Assembly (NCBI GenBank): GCA_039918435.1
Contig: JBDSHN010000075.1
Span: forward strand, 13,342 to 77,341
Origin: Bacteroidia bacterium
GTDB lineage: Bacteria; Bacteroidota; Bacteroidia; Palsa-965
Direction: 5' to 3'
DNA: 64,000 nucleotides
Positions 10,601 to 19,148 of this stretch are shown one piece after another (positions within the stretch are counted from its first letter, which is position 1; each line of letters opens with the position of its first letter). Both the position numbers and the translations under genes were made by a program. Below the pieces are notes generated by a model, which was given only the letters and a program-made list of their open reading frames with translations, was not told the origin of the DNA and made no database searches.

Positions 10601-10806
10601 AAAGCTTTCGTTTTAATTAAAAACAAGGGTTTCTCTCGCGGGAAGTCTTTGTTTACAGGTCATTACCTTTCGACCGTTTCCCTTGGCACGCGCCTTGCAT
10701 GCTTAAGAGGTGAACGGTCGTTGTAACTTTTAAGCCTGTATACAGTTATAGTATAAAGTTACCTGACCCAAAACAAGAAGTTTCACCCACATCTCCCGAA
10801 AAAATT

Positions 10807-11727
10807 ATGAAACACATTCACTTCTTGCGTACTGCGCTTCTACTGGTTCCGATGGCTTTACCGTTTGCCGGAACTTCACAGGATTTTATGAACGGCAGCT
10901 TTGAACAAAACGGAAAACTTTGTCTTATCAATACATCAACTTCCGTTTTTAACGCCAATGTTAAAAATACACGTGCATTCGGTTCGTATAAAAAACCTGA
11001 CATCGTAAGCAGCGATTGTAATTATGGCACTGCAAAAGATGGTAACTGGTTTGTTGGAATTGCAACGAATGTAAATGGTGGGATCCGCTCTGAAGCAATC
11101 ACACTTGAATTGACGCAACCGTTGGTGAAAGGCACACAATATTCACTTACATTTTTTGCCCGGCTGCATACTGTTGCCGCAAACATTGAAGTAGGTCAAA
11201 GTGTTGCTGATTCCTTGGCAGGACAAATTTTTTATACCGTTTCTGCTGATAATATCGGAAGCGAATGGTCGGAATTTACTATACGTTTTACTGCGCTGAA
11301 CGATGGAAAATATATTTCAGTGCGTGCGAATAATCCGAATTCAAACTCCGGTGTTTGGCTGGATGGATTTAAACTGCACCCGGTTTTTCAGCCTGATAAT
11401 GTTGTGATGACTTCAAAAACAGTTCCTGTAAAAGTTACTGCCGATAATGCGACACAGAAAAAAGAAGCAGTCACAACTTCAGCGCAGATTGGTCTTTTCC
11501 CGAATCCAAGCGAAGGAATTTTTAAAGTGAATACAGAAGATGAAGAGCTTTCCAGCCTTATCGTTTACAATATGCTTGGCACGCTGGTAGAGGAGCACAT
11601 AGCAACACCAGAGCAGCCGGTTCCGGATCAGATTGATTTAAGCGAGCAGCAGCCGGGAATGTATTTTGTGGAAATGGCAATGGTGGGTGGAGGGAAGGTT
11701 ACCAGGAGAATTATTGTAGCGAGATAA
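10807..11727 (+). CDS. Secreted protein with T9SS C-terminal sorting domain (type A CTD)
   Basis: N-terminal signal peptide. The C-terminal ~80 aa (LFPNPSEGIFKVNTE...LIVYNMLGTLVEE...QPGMYFVEMAMVGGGKVTRRIIVAR) has the characteristic Por_Secre_tail pattern. Confidence 0.7.
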   Translation: MKHIHFLRTALLLVPMALPFAGTSQDFMNGSFEQNGKLCLINTSTSVFNANVKNTRAFGSYKKPDIVSSDCNYGTAKDGNWFVGIATNVNGGIRSEAITLELTQPLVKGTQYSLTFFARLHTVAANIEVGQSVADSLAGQIFYTVSADNIGSEWSEFTIRFTALNDGKYISVRANNPNSNSGVWLDGFKLHPVFQPDNVVMTSKTVPVKVTADNATQKKEAVTTSAQIGLFPNPSEGIFKVNTEDEELSSLIVYNMLGTLVEEHIATPEQPVPDQIDLSEQQPGMYFVEMAMVGGGKVTRRIIVAR

Positions 11728-11813
11728 AAAAATGTGCAAATTATAAATGAGCAAATGTGCAGATGAAAAATGTTTCGTCTGCACATTTGCATTTGGAACC
11801 GATTGAATTTATT

Positions 11814-12530
11814 TTAAGTTTCCGGGCAAGGTTCATAGTTTTTCCATTCGTGTTTTATGCCGCGCATCAATAAGGCATTGTCAAATGTTACGCTGCCTTT
11901 TGGGAAAACACTTTCATCTTCAAAAAACCCTGACTTAACATTTTCCACAGCAAGCGGATCAACATGCCATTGAATAGTTTTTAATTCCATGCCGTCATAA
12001 CCAGATTTATTCGGTGAAAAGCCAATGGATCCATTCTTATAAAACTCAGAAGCTGTTTCAAGGTTTTTAAAAATGGAATTGTGCTCAAAACTTCCTGATT
12101 GCTTTGCTGAAATGGAAATGAAATTTTCATCAGCGCTTACAATAGTAATTTTGTATTCATCCACATTCTCATCAACGTCGAACTTTGCTAAATGATGGAT
12201 GCCGGGAAAAAGTCGCCCACCGGTCCAATGATTCAACAACGAGTTTGTATCCCTTCTGGGAATATAAACACCTTGTTTAACCTTGCTATTGTCTGTCCAT
12301 TCTACGGCAATTCTATGCGCAGCATTCTCAGAACCGATCCCGATTATTTCCGGGAATCCAAACGGGCGGATATACTTCAAACGTATTAAGCAAATTCCTG
12401 CAAGGCCTTTGTCTCCGATAAGAATTGGACGAAATGGTTTTGGTAAAAATTTTGCAAGCACGTCTTTGTCAACAGTAAAGTTGATTAAGATTCGTCTGTC
12501 AATTGTACCTTCAATCCTGGGGATCTTCAT
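11814..12530 (-). CDS. Hypothetical protein (possibly DUF2071-like), no signal peptide
   Basis: 238 aa ORF with good coding appearance. It lies 10 bp from the upstream membrane-protein gene. I recognise no motif with confidence. Confidence 0.4.
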   Translation of the reverse strand: MKIPRIEGTIDRRILINFTVDKDVLAKFLPKPFRPILIGDKGLAGICLIRLKYIRPFGFPEIIGIGSENAAHRIAVEWTDNSKVKQGVYIPRRDTNSLLNHWTGGRLFPGIHHLAKFDVDENVDEYKITIVSADENFISISAKQSGSFEHNSIFKNLETASEFYKNGSIGFSPNKSGYDGMELKTIQWHVDPLAVENVKSGFFEDESVFPKGSVTFDNALLMRGIKHEWKNYEPCPET

Positions 12531-12540
12531 TCCGGCTATT

Positions 12541-13218
12541 TTATTTATCCTTCAATAAAAATTCACCCTTCGTAAGCCATGAAAATCCGAACGCCCAAAG
12601 TGCGAGTGTTTCTAAACAGAAAACATATTTGTAAGCATTGAATTGCGGCTTATAGGATGGCATTGCAAAGTAAGGAATTAATAAAAGAATACAGGCGATC
12701 ATTACCCAGCCACAAATCTTATACACTTTATTCCTCCTTATTTTTTGTGCTGTGATAATGCCGGAAGTTTTTGTGAAAAGAAACAGTGAGAAATAAGCGA
12801 GCACGAGAAAAAATAATGCGGCGGAGCTTAAATGAATAATGCCAACATATTTTTCGTGCGCTGCCGGTATCATTCCGCCGGGTAAGCAGATGTCATCTTT
12901 TAGTGTTGTCGGGCAAATAGCAGCGATAGTGCCAAATGTTCCTGCGATGTTTCCCATTATCCCATCAATTTTTTGCGGGCCTTTGTAGGTAAAGAGAAAA
13001 ACAGAAAATGCGCAGAGGACACCAACAAAAACATTCCCCATATTAGTATGATAATAATTGCTGATGGAAGTCTCAACATGATCGCAGCCAAAAATTACCA
13101 CGGAACCAACAGCAAGAATAACCGGCAATAAAATTCCGAGCCATCCGACTGTTTTGCGTAAGGTTTTGTAGTGGATAAGGTAAAAAGGATTTTGCTGCCT
13201 GAGTAGTTTTTTGTCCAT
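12541..13218 (-). CDS. Hypothetical polytopic membrane protein (about 6 TM)
   Basis: 225 aa with alternating hydrophobic segments. It is tightly linked to 11814..12530. Confidence 0.45.
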   Translation of the reverse strand: MDKKLLRQQNPFYLIHYKTLRKTVGWLGILLPVILAVGSVVIFGCDHVETSISNYYHTNMGNVFVGVLCAFSVFLFTYKGPQKIDGIMGNIAGTFGTIAAICPTTLKDDICLPGGMIPAAHEKYVGIIHLSSAALFFLVLAYFSLFLFTKTSGIITAQKIRRNKVYKICGWVMIACILLLIPYFAMPSYKPQFNAYKYVFCLETLALWAFGFSWLTKGEFLLKDK

Positions 13219-13266
13219 TTTCAGGATGGTTTAATTCATCAAACACTGTGCTGACGACACGATTTT

Positions 13267-14091
13267 TTAATTCGGATTTTTCATGTGCCGGATAGAGTCG
13301 CTGGTGAATTGAGCTGTTAACGTTGGCTTGATCCGTTCATAATAATCATTGTCCAGGTACTTGATTAATTCAGTCAAAGTGCTGGTCATTCTTTTAAACC
13401 TTTCAAGCCTGAAATCTTTCTCTGGTCGCAGATCGGTAAAAAAATTTATTGCCGGGTTTAACCAAAATGGTTCCTTGTTTGTTTCATACTGGCTGATCAG
13501 CATTCTGAATTTTCCATAACCAATTATTGTTTTTTGTCCACCATTATTTTCTATCATTCCTTCACCAATTGCCCTTAATTCCTCCCGGTAAATTTGAACA
13601 TCCCAATCATCACCCGTATTTATTTGTCCGTCCGCAATGGCTTCCCTGATATGCGAGATAAGACTCAAAAAATGAAAGTTTTTACTTTTGGATTGACTGT
13701 CTAAAAAAGTAACTTCTTGCCGGTAAAGCTCCAGCCAGGCAAAAAAAGAACAAAATCTATAAAGAGTAGTTAAAAGCTTATAGTTTAAAAAATAAGGATC
13801 GGTTATATAGATACTTTGCATTTTATCTACTTTATCAAACAAGATTTTTGTCGATGAGTATTTAGACAACCATACATAGTTTTCGGCATAATCATGAAAT
13901 CTTCTCAGTAGTTCGGAAGACGACAAGAGAATGGGGTCTTTATATTTTTGCGATATTTTTTCAAGTGTTTTCTGCTCTTTAAGATTGTCGAAATAGCGAA
14001 CAAAAATAAATTCTTTAAGGAAAAGCCCTGTAAGCGTTCCGAATGTTGTTACTATTGCGGCCAGAACTGTAAAACCCAGATAATTTTTCAT
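13267..14091 (-). CDS. Hypothetical protein with N-terminal membrane anchor
   Basis: The listed ORF extends to 14124. The internal ATG at 14091 (MKNYLGFTVLAAIVTTFGTLTGLFL) gives a signal/TM start. The rest has no recognisable domain. Confidence 0.4.
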   Translation of the reverse strand: MKNYLGFTVLAAIVTTFGTLTGLFLKEFIFVRYFDNLKEQKTLEKISQKYKDPILLSSSELLRRFHDYAENYVWLSKYSSTKILFDKVDKMQSIYITDPYFLNYKLLTTLYRFCSFFAWLELYRQEVTFLDSQSKSKNFHFLSLISHIREAIADGQINTGDDWDVQIYREELRAIGEGMIENNGGQKTIIGYGKFRMLISQYETNKEPFWLNPAINFFTDLRPEKDFRLERFKRMTSTLTELIKYLDNDYYERIKPTLTAQFTSDSIRHMKNPN

Positions 14092-14351
14092 GGTTGTGTA
14101 AATAATCCGGCCAACATACAACACTTTTAATTGCTATGCTAAATTGCTGATTTAATTTTCCTCACCCGCCGGATTGTAGGAAATTTTCAGATTTTCCAGC
14201 ATACGCCCCGGTTCTGCAACCCAAAAACCCTGACCTCAAAAGCCGAACTCAAAACTTTTTCCTCACCTTCGCGTCACTTTTGTTAACCCACCGCCTTATT
14301 CCTACAGACCAGAGAATACCGGCCATGTATCTTACCGCAAAAGGCAATGCC

Positions 14352-14927
14352 ATGAGTATCGAAACAAAATATCACGCCAGCCGGGAACAGATTACCGCAG
14401 AGGAAGCGGAAATCGATGCCGCCAGGGGGAATCCTGCAAAGTTTGCCTCACTGTACAACCGCTATTATGCACGCATCCTCGGATTTGTGTATCAAAGGGT
14501 GGAAACGAAAGACGACGCTTACGATATAACTGCGCAGACTTTTATTGCTGCGCTGGAAAACATCGGCAAGTATAAATCGCAGGGAGTTCCCTTTTCGGCA
14601 TGGTTGTTCCGCATAGCGCTGAATGAGCTGAGCCGTTTTTACCGCCGCTCGAAAGTGCGCCAGGCAATAAGCATAGACGACACCCAGGTGGCTGAAATGC
14701 TGGGTGAACTCGGCGAAGAAAATACCGCTGTGACGGATGCAAGGCTGATGAGCGCAATGCAGCAGTTGGAACCAGGAGAAATTCAATTACTTGAAATGCG
14801 GTTTTTTGAAAAACGATCTTTTAAAGATGTGTGTGATGTATTAGGCATTTCTGAAACTGCTGCCAAAGCAAGAGTGTATCGATTGCTGGAGCGACTGAAA
14901 ATAATTTACACCGGATTACAATCATAA
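14352..14927 (+). CDS. RNA polymerase ECF-type sigma-70 factor
   Basis: Region 2 (YARILGFVYQRVETKDDAYDITAQTFIAALENIGKY...WLFRIALNELSRFYRR) and a region 4 HTH (FKDVCDVLGISETAAKARVYRLLERLK). The listed ORF starts 24 codons upstream, but the Met at 14352 gives the canonical length of about 190 aa. Confidence 0.8.
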   Translation: MSIETKYHASREQITAEEAEIDAARGNPAKFASLYNRYYARILGFVYQRVETKDDAYDITAQTFIAALENIGKYKSQGVPFSAWLFRIALNELSRFYRRSKVRQAISIDDTQVAEMLGELGEENTAVTDARLMSAMQQLEPGEIQLLEMRFFEKRSFKDVCDVLGISETAAKARVYRLLERLKIIYTGLQS

Positions 14928-14932
14928 TCAAC

Positions 14933-16519
14933 ATGAAAAATTATAACATCAAACGTAACCGTGAACCGTTAACGGATGCTGACATTTCGAAGGGGCAAAA
15001 CTTCGACGCGTTTTTAAAAGCATATTCGGGCGCGAAAATTCCTTTCTACAAAACCGGCACATTTTACATGAGTGTGATCGCGCTGGGAGTGGTGATTGGC
15101 GTGGGCGCTTATTTGCTTTCGGACGAAAAAGTTGTGAACCAATCCGCTTACGTGCAACCTGCATTGAACGGAATAGATGTAGCTGACACCGTGTTCAAAC
15201 TGGATGCCGCAGAAGGCGGAGAATTCATGTACACGACCGGCTCGCTCATTCGCATTCCTGAAGGCGGATTTTTAGACAGCGCAGGAAACATTGTAAAAGG
15301 AAACGTGGAAATACGTTACCGCGAATTTCATAATACTGCCGATGTTTTTCTTGCAGGAATTCCGATGACTTACGATTCTGCAGGAACCAAGTATCATTTT
15401 GAATCAGCCGGTATGCTGGAAATTACTGCATGGCAGAATGGAAAACCGTTGAAAGCAAATCCGGATGCGCCTGTGAAAGTAGCGATGGCTTCCAGTTCTG
15501 ATAATGAGAAGTTCAATGTGTACTATTTGGATACAATGAAGAAGAACTGGGATTTTATTGCGAAGGATAAAGCAGTTGTTGTTGGATTTGAAAAAGACAC
15601 CACGGTTAAAACTGACGCAAATAAAAAAGGAAAAATTTCTTCATCTGTTTCTCCGCCACTTGAAGTGAAAAAAGCCGATAAGAAAAAACCAAGCTTCGTG
15701 ATTGGATTTGATCCGGTTGAATTTCCTGAATTAGCTTCTTACGATGGCGTGCGTTTCCAGGTAGATGAAGAAAAGACACCCTACAATAAAGAAGACCGCA
15801 AAATAACATGGGAAGATGTAAGTATTCTTCGCAACAAAGACGGAGCAACTTACACGGTTACATTCACACACGGCGTAAAAACCAGCACTTACATTACGGA
15901 TGTGGTTGTGAATGCAGAAGATTACGCTGCTGCTAAAAAAGTGTATGATGCTAAATATGCTGCTTACCAGGCAACACTAAAAGCGATCAATGATAAAAGC
16001 GCAAATGACGATAAAGCCGCTGAAGCAAAATTACTGAATGCAGATGGTCAGCGTATTTTCGGTAACGATGCGGCAATGAAAGCATCACTTGCACGCCGTT
16101 CAGCAATTGACCGTAACCGTGAGAAAGAAGATATGGTGGTGCGCGAATTTATCATTGCTGATTTTGGAATCTGGAATTCTGATTGTCCGTCGAGCCTGCC
16201 GGAAGGTGAAACACTTTTTGTAAAACTTCTTGACAGCCGCACAAAAAAGCCAATGATAGTTAATCACGTTATCCTCGTTGAAAAAGGCAGGAACGCGGTT
16301 TATACTTATTACGCGAATGATTTGGCAAATTTCAAATTCAACAGCAATGCTGAAAATTTATTGTGGGCTGTAACGCAGGATGGAAAACTGGCAGTTTGCA
16401 GTGATGCAGATCTCAAAGCGATTGCAGGAAAATCAGAAGCAAATCTTACGATGACGGTAAGCGCGGAAGATTTAAAAACAGCAGAACAGGCGAAGGCAGT
16501 GCTTGGTATTGGGATGTAA
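14933..16519 (+). CDS. Membrane-anchored protein co-transcribed with the ECF sigma factor (putative anti-sigma or sensor; large extracytoplasmic domain of unknown fold)
   Basis: It starts 6 nt after the sigma gene stop. A short N-terminal cytoplasmic segment of about 45 aa is followed by one TM (SVIALGVVIGVGAYLL) and about 460 aa outside. Confidence 0.4.
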   Translation: MKNYNIKRNREPLTDADISKGQNFDAFLKAYSGAKIPFYKTGTFYMSVIALGVVIGVGAYLLSDEKVVNQSAYVQPALNGIDVADTVFKLDAAEGGEFMYTTGSLIRIPEGGFLDSAGNIVKGNVEIRYREFHNTADVFLAGIPMTYDSAGTKYHFESAGMLEITAWQNGKPLKANPDAPVKVAMASSSDNEKFNVYYLDTMKKNWDFIAKDKAVVVGFEKDTTVKTDANKKGKISSSVSPPLEVKKADKKKPSFVIGFDPVEFPELASYDGVRFQVDEEKTPYNKEDRKITWEDVSILRNKDGATYTVTFTHGVKTSTYITDVVVNAEDYAAAKKVYDAKYAAYQATLKAINDKSANDDKAAEAKLLNADGQRIFGNDAAMKASLARRSAIDRNREKEDMVVREFIIADFGIWNSDCPSSLPEGETLFVKLLDSRTKKPMIVNHVILVEKGRNAVYTYYANDLANFKFNSNAENLLWAVTQDGKLAVCSDADLKAIAGKSEANLTMTVSAEDLKTAEQAKAVLGIGM

Positions 16520-16695
16520 AAGAAAAAGGGACGAGCCTGCCTGCCAAAGTGCAAGCCTACGCATCTGTAGGCAGAGGACGAAATGAGGGCGGGGGACGAA
16601 AAAGCAAGTATGAAAATTTTTCGTCCCTTCGTCCCCGTTTTTTTCCGTCCCACAGCCCCTTTCTTTTTTCGTCCCTTTTCTTTTCTTAGTTTTAT
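16520..16695. repeat. Second copy of the GGGACG/CGTCCC palindromic terminator family
   Basis: gggggacgaaaaagc...ttttcgtccc forms an 11-bp perfect stem, followed by ttcgtccccgtttttttccgtccc...ttttttcgtccc. The motif and layout match 10381..10600, and it also lies directly after a plus-strand stop. Confidence 0.55.
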
Positions 16696-16698
16696 AAA

Positions 16699-17475
16699 AT
16701 GATCCCCAAGCGCATTTTTCTTTTTCTTTTTTTATTTGCCGGACTTTTTCAACTTCGGGCGCAGAGTGATACGATTGTTGTAAAAACTGTCGCGACAAAA
16801 ATTACTGTGTTACCTGAGCGATCCTTTTTGTATTTGAATGAGGATAATTTTTTCAAAATAAAGTATACCGGCAAGAATAAAATGGGCCGCATGGAATTGA
16901 AGGGCGGAACGATTGAGAAGAAAGATTCCATTTACAATTTCAAAGCAACAACAGGAACAAGTGCGATCCTCGTTATTTATGAAAAGCTGAAAAACGGCAC
17001 AGAGAAGATCGCGTTAACATGGACATATAAATTATTCGGAAGAGAAGTTCCGCGTGTAACATTAGATGGCGTTCCGAATGATTCTGTCATAGATAAGATC
17101 ACCGTTCTTGCGCTTGGCCGCCTGCAATGCAAGCAGAAATACGGAACTGATAAATACCAGGTTATTTCTTTCAGGATTTACATCAAGAACGGCAAGAAAT
17201 TCGATACGATCAGCGCAAAAGGTTACCAGCTTACGCCACAGATGAAGCGAAAAATTGATTCGATGGATGTGAATAAAAACGGGGGTATCCTGATGTTTGA
17301 AAACATTAAAGCGATTGGCCCGAACGGAAAAGAAATTGATCTGCCGCCACTGCGTGTTTATTTACGCGATACAAAAATAATGCAGTTCGGAGCTGGTGGA
17401 TGGAGAGAAGGAACAATGATTGGTGGTAAGAAGGAAGGATTGCTGGTTAGCAGGCGACGAGTGGGAAAGAAATAA
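16699..17475 (+). CDS. Secreted hypothetical protein
   Basis: Signal peptide MIPKRIFLFLFLFAGLFQLRAQ. 258 aa with no motif recognised. Confidence 0.45.
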   Translation: MIPKRIFLFLFLFAGLFQLRAQSDTIVVKTVATKITVLPERSFLYLNEDNFFKIKYTGKNKMGRMELKGGTIEKKDSIYNFKATTGTSAILVIYEKLKNGTEKIALTWTYKLFGREVPRVTLDGVPNDSVIDKITVLALGRLQCKQKYGTDKYQVISFRIYIKNGKKFDTISAKGYQLTPQMKRKIDSMDVNKNGGILMFENIKAIGPNGKEIDLPPLRVYLRDTKIMQFGAGGWREGTMIGGKKEGLLVSRRRVGKK

Positions 17476-17697
17476 AAATATAAAAATCAGAAGCAAAGTC
17501 CGGGGGAAATTCTTCCGGATTTTTTTTATTGGTTTCTTGTAAAATGGCTGCATAGCCCTGTTTAAACGTTTATATCCGTTTGTAAACGTTTAAAAACGGA
17601 TAGTCTCATTTTCATTTTTCACATTTGCGGCTCGTTTTGTTATCGGTGCATCTCGACAAACGGTATATGCAGGCTACTTAACTTAAAATATTAAAAA

Positions 17698-18222
17698 ATG
17701 AGCACTACACCCATTACTCCCGATGAAATACTCGTCACCAAGATTCATTTCATTCGCGGACAAAAAGTAATGATCGATCGCGATCTGGCAGAATTGTATG
17801 TCGTGGAGACGAAGCAATTGAAAAGACAGGTTAACAGGAATATTGACCGTTTTCCCCAAGATTTCATGTTTCAAATTACTAAAGAAGAATTAGAATCTTT
17901 AAGGAGCCAATTTGGCACCTTAAAGCGAGGTGAGCATACTAAATTTTTACCATTTGCATTTACGGAACAAGGAGTAGCGATGCTTTCCAGCGTGCTTTCC
18001 AGCAAACAGGCAATCGCGGTAAACATTCAGATTATACGTGTGTTTACAAGAATGCGGGAAATTGTTAGTTCTAATAGAGAAGTATTAATAAAACTTGAGC
18101 AACTCGAGGCAAGCGTAAATACAAACAGGGATGATATTGAAGAGATTTTTTCTGCTTTACAAAAACTGTTGGATCCCGAATTGCCACCCCGGGATATGAT
18201 TGGTTATAAGCCAAATTCTTAA
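17698..18222 (+). CDS. ORF6N (KilA-N related) domain protein
   Basis: The N-terminus (ITKIHFIRGQKVMIDRDLAELYVVETKQLKRQVNRNIDRFPQDFMFQIT...FLPFAFTEQGVAMLSSVL) matches the ORF6N/antirepressor-type DNA-binding domain common in Bacteroidota. Confidence 0.65.
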   Translation: MSTTPITPDEILVTKIHFIRGQKVMIDRDLAELYVVETKQLKRQVNRNIDRFPQDFMFQITKEELESLRSQFGTLKRGEHTKFLPFAFTEQGVAMLSSVLSSKQAIAVNIQIIRVFTRMREIVSSNREVLIKLEQLEASVNTNRDDIEEIFSALQKLLDPELPPRDMIGYKPNS

Positions 18223-18373
18223 TGTAATCTTGCCCGGTTTCCTGCCGGTTTTATGTTTGAACTTAGCGCAAAGGAACTGACAGATTAGAGGTCGCATTTT
18301 GTGATCTCCAATTGCGATAAAAATGAGATTACATTACGCGCCATTTTGTGTTAAAGAACAAGGAATTACAACT

Positions 18374-18798
18374 CCCGTTTGTTCGAGCGAAGTCGGGAAC
18401 ACACGGGCTAAGGATTTTATTGATTATTCAAACGAATTTATGAGAAGAAGATTTCATGTTTATATTTTGCTTTGTGCTGATGGCACTTATTATACCGGTA
18501 TGACAAACAATATCTGTCGTCGATTCGCGGAACATGAAGCCGCTTATAATCCGAAATCATATACCGCATCGCGGCTACCAGTTAAATTAATGTGGACGGA
18601 ACGGTATGACTCACCACGTTTTGCTTACAAAATGGAATGGAAAATAAAGAAGTGGTCTGCAGCCAAGAAAAAAGCCTTAATTGAAGAACGATTTGACGAT
18701 CTGAAAAACCTGGCGCGCTGCCTGAATAAAACATCGCATGAAAACTGGAAGAAAATAATTGAATCCCGTGTGTTCTCGACTTCGCTCGAACAAACGGG
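18374..18798 (+). mobile_element. Putative IR-bounded GIY-YIG cassette
   Basis: 34-bp imperfect terminal inverted repeats flank the GIY-YIG ORF: cccgtttgttcgagcgaagtcgggaacacacggg at 18374-18407 and its reverse complement at 18765-18798. No transposase or integrase is present. Confidence 0.4.
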
Positions 18799-18808
18799 AG
18801 GGCCTTAA
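18440..18808 (+). CDS. GIY-YIG nuclease family protein (YhbQ/UPF0213-like)
   Basis: FHVYILLCADGTYYTGMTNNICRRFAEHEAAYNPKSYTASRLPVKLMWTERYDSPRFAYKMEWKIKKWS is a GIY-YIG core of about 90 aa with a basic tail. The last 13 codons are encoded by the right inverted repeat. The listed ORF has a spurious 39-codon N-terminal extension. Confidence 0.7.
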   Translation: MRRRFHVYILLCADGTYYTGMTNNICRRFAEHEAAYNPKSYTASRLPVKLMWTERYDSPRFAYKMEWKIKKWSAAKKKALIEERFDDLKNLARCLNKTSHENWKKIIESRVFSTSLEQTGGP

Positions 18809-18949
18809 AACATTTATTTTGTTTCGCTCGAACAAGCAGGACCTCCTTAAAACATTTATTTCTTTCGCTCGAGCAAACGGGACCTCCTTAAAACATTTAT
18901 TTTCTTTCGCTCGAGCAAACGGCACCTCCTTAGAAAATTTAGTATTTTT
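18781..18949. repeat. Tandem direct repeat, 4 units of about 41-44 bp
   Basis: The units are TTCGCTCGA(A/G)CAA(A/G)C(A/G)GG(A/C)CCTCCTTAAAACATTTATTT(T)CT x4, directly abutting with no spacers. The first unit is the 3' half of IR-R. Confidence 0.8.
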
Positions 18950-19083
18950 TTCGAGCGAAAAACTCAGGCAGTCCTAAAAGTTATTCCATGTTTATTTTTA
19001 AATGTTTTAGTTTGAAATTTACATTGCTACAAACGCAGAATGACTAAACAAGAATTTCCTCCCCGTTCACAACAAAAATCTTT

Positions 19084-19117
19084 CCCGTTTGTTCGAGCGA
19101 AGTCGAGAACACACGGG
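19084..19117. repeat. Third copy of the 34-bp repeat, A orientation
   Basis: cccgtttgttcgagcgaagtcgagaacacacggg matches 18374-18407 at 33 of 34 positions. It sits about 30 nt before the recJ start. Confidence 0.75.
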
Positions 19118-19148
19118 AACAAATAGTAAATTTGTAATTCAACACCAT

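Noticed and set aside
10285-10626. Listed minus-strand ORFs 10285..10626 and 10371..10601
   Set aside because: They lie entirely inside the GGGACG/CGTCCC palindromic element. Their translation is Lys/Gly low-complexity text produced by the repeats.
16309-16798. Listed minus-strand ORFs 16309..16653 and 16472..16798
   Set aside because: They overlap the 3' end of the plus-strand gene and the second GGGACG-family repeat. They are antisense, repeat-derived artefacts.
18781-18949. Possible CRISPR array
   Set aside because: The ~42-bp units abut directly with no unique spacers. The units degenerate progressively and derive from the adjacent inverted repeat. No cas genes are present. It is a tandem repeat, not a CRISPR array.
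18677-18977. Listed ORFs 18677..18925 (minus) and 18759..18977 (plus)
   Set aside because: Their peptide sequences are periodic (FARAKE.../FERSREHTG...) because they translate the tandem repeat. They are not genes.
19089-19148. N-terminal 20 codons of the listed recJ ORF
   Set aside because: They are encoded by the third copy of the 34-bp repeat (MFERSREHTG...). The conserved RecJ sequence begins near the ATG at 19149.
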